From NCBI GenBank assembly GCA_947449515.1, contig CANFSD010000003.1, positions 1 to 35,866 of the forward strand: 35,866 nt of DNA. Reading direction: 5' to 3'. The notes under the pieces are model-generated. The model was not told where the DNA came from. It was given only the letters and a program-made list of their open reading frames with translations, and made no database searches. How positions within the stretch are numbered: the stretch's first letter is position 1; every line of letters begins with the position of its first letter. Below are positions 35,117 to 35,866 of the stretch, piece after piece. Made by a program: the position numbers and the translations under genes. This DNA is from Bacteroidota bacterium (GTDB taxonomy: Bacteria; Bacteroidota; Bacteroidia; UKL13-3).

Positions 35117-35860
35117 TTATGCTTCCTCTTTCTCAGCAACTGCTTCTTTGTCGGCGGTTTCTTCTTTTTCGCGTTTGCGTTCAGATAAACCTTCAACGAT
35201 AGCGTCTGTGATGTAGCGGGTAATCAAAGCGATTGATTTTGCTGCATCATCATTTGCAGGGATTGGGAAATCTACTAATGTAGGATCTGAGTTTGTATCT
35301 ACGATACCAAAGGTAGGGATATTCAATTTAGTAGCTTCAGCTACTGCAATGTGTTCCCTTTTGATATCAACGATTAACAAGGCAGCAGGTAAACGGTTCA
35401 AATCAGAGATACCACCTAATACTTTGTTCAACTTGATTTTTTCGCGATCGATCATCAAACGCTCTTTCTTGTTGATATTAGTGTAAGTACCATCTTGAGC
35501 CAGTTTCTCAAGCGTTTGCATTTTTTTGATGCTCTTTCTAACGGTACCGAAATTGGTAAGCATTCCACCTAACCAACGGTCGCATACGTAAGGCATGTTA
35601 ACGCGTTTCGCTTCAGTTTCCATAATTTCTTTTGCTTGCTTTTTAGTAGCAACATAAAGAACTTTACGTCCTGATTTTACGATGTTTTTAATGGCTTGAG
35701 CGGCCTCATCCAGCTTAACAGCTGTTTTGTGTAAATCGATGAGGTGGATTCCGTTTTTCTCCATAAAAATATATGGTGCCATTTTCGGATTCCATTTACG
35801 GGTTAAGTGACCAAAGTGCACTCCCGCTTCCAGCAACTCTTCGTGCGTGATTTTTGACAT
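35117..35860 (-). CDS. rpsB: 30S ribosomal protein S2
   Basis: LLEAGVHFGH.TRKWNPKM, RWLGGMLTN, VDTNSDP, PIPANDDA. Confidence 0.99.
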   Translation of the reverse strand: MSKITHEELLEAGVHFGHLTRKWNPKMAPYIFMEKNGIHLIDLHKTAVKLDEAAQAIKNIVKSGRKVLYVATKKQAKEIMETEAKRVNMPYVCDRWLGGMLTNFGTVRKSIKKMQTLEKLAQDGTYTNINKKERLMIDREKIKLNKVLGGISDLNRLPAALLIVDIKREHIAVAEATKLNIPTFGIVDTNSDPTLVDFPIPANDDAAKSIALITRYITDAIVEGLSERKREKEETADKEAVAEKEEA

Positions 35861-35866
35861 ATAAAA

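Noticed and set aside
1-35866. Mobile elements, prophage, CRISPR or defence systems
   Set aside because: No transposase, integrase, phage or cas-like ORF, no spaced repeat array and no obvious compositional island were seen.

Overview
AT-rich chromosomal window from a Bacteroidota (Bacteroidetes) bacterium. This is inferred from recurrent TAnnTTTG -7 promoter boxes, A-rich starts without Shine-Dalgarno motifs, Q+1 signal peptides and a Bacteroidota-type glutaminyl cyclase. The content is mostly core genome: iscA/hesB, a PpiD-like chaperone, rbfA, a LolC/E-type permease, metK, dxs, pyrH, tsf and rpsB. It also has a TetR-paaABC phenylacetyl-CoA epoxidase operon, with paaG and an apparently split paaH located elsewhere in the window, and a carotenoid cluster (crtI-crtB-hyp-idi) headed by a TonB-dependent receptor. 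I saw no mobile element, CRISPR array, tRNA or rRNA. The most notable signals are a recurring GGTTCGAACC palindrome mostly near gene 3' ends, a PaaR-like operator over the tetR promoter, a variant SAM-I/IV-type riboswitch before metK, PaaH as two half-genes 26 kb apart, the receptor-crtI coupling, and a His-less Rieske-like lipoprotein. None is clearly a new system from sequence alone. All family calls come from motif recognition, not database searches.
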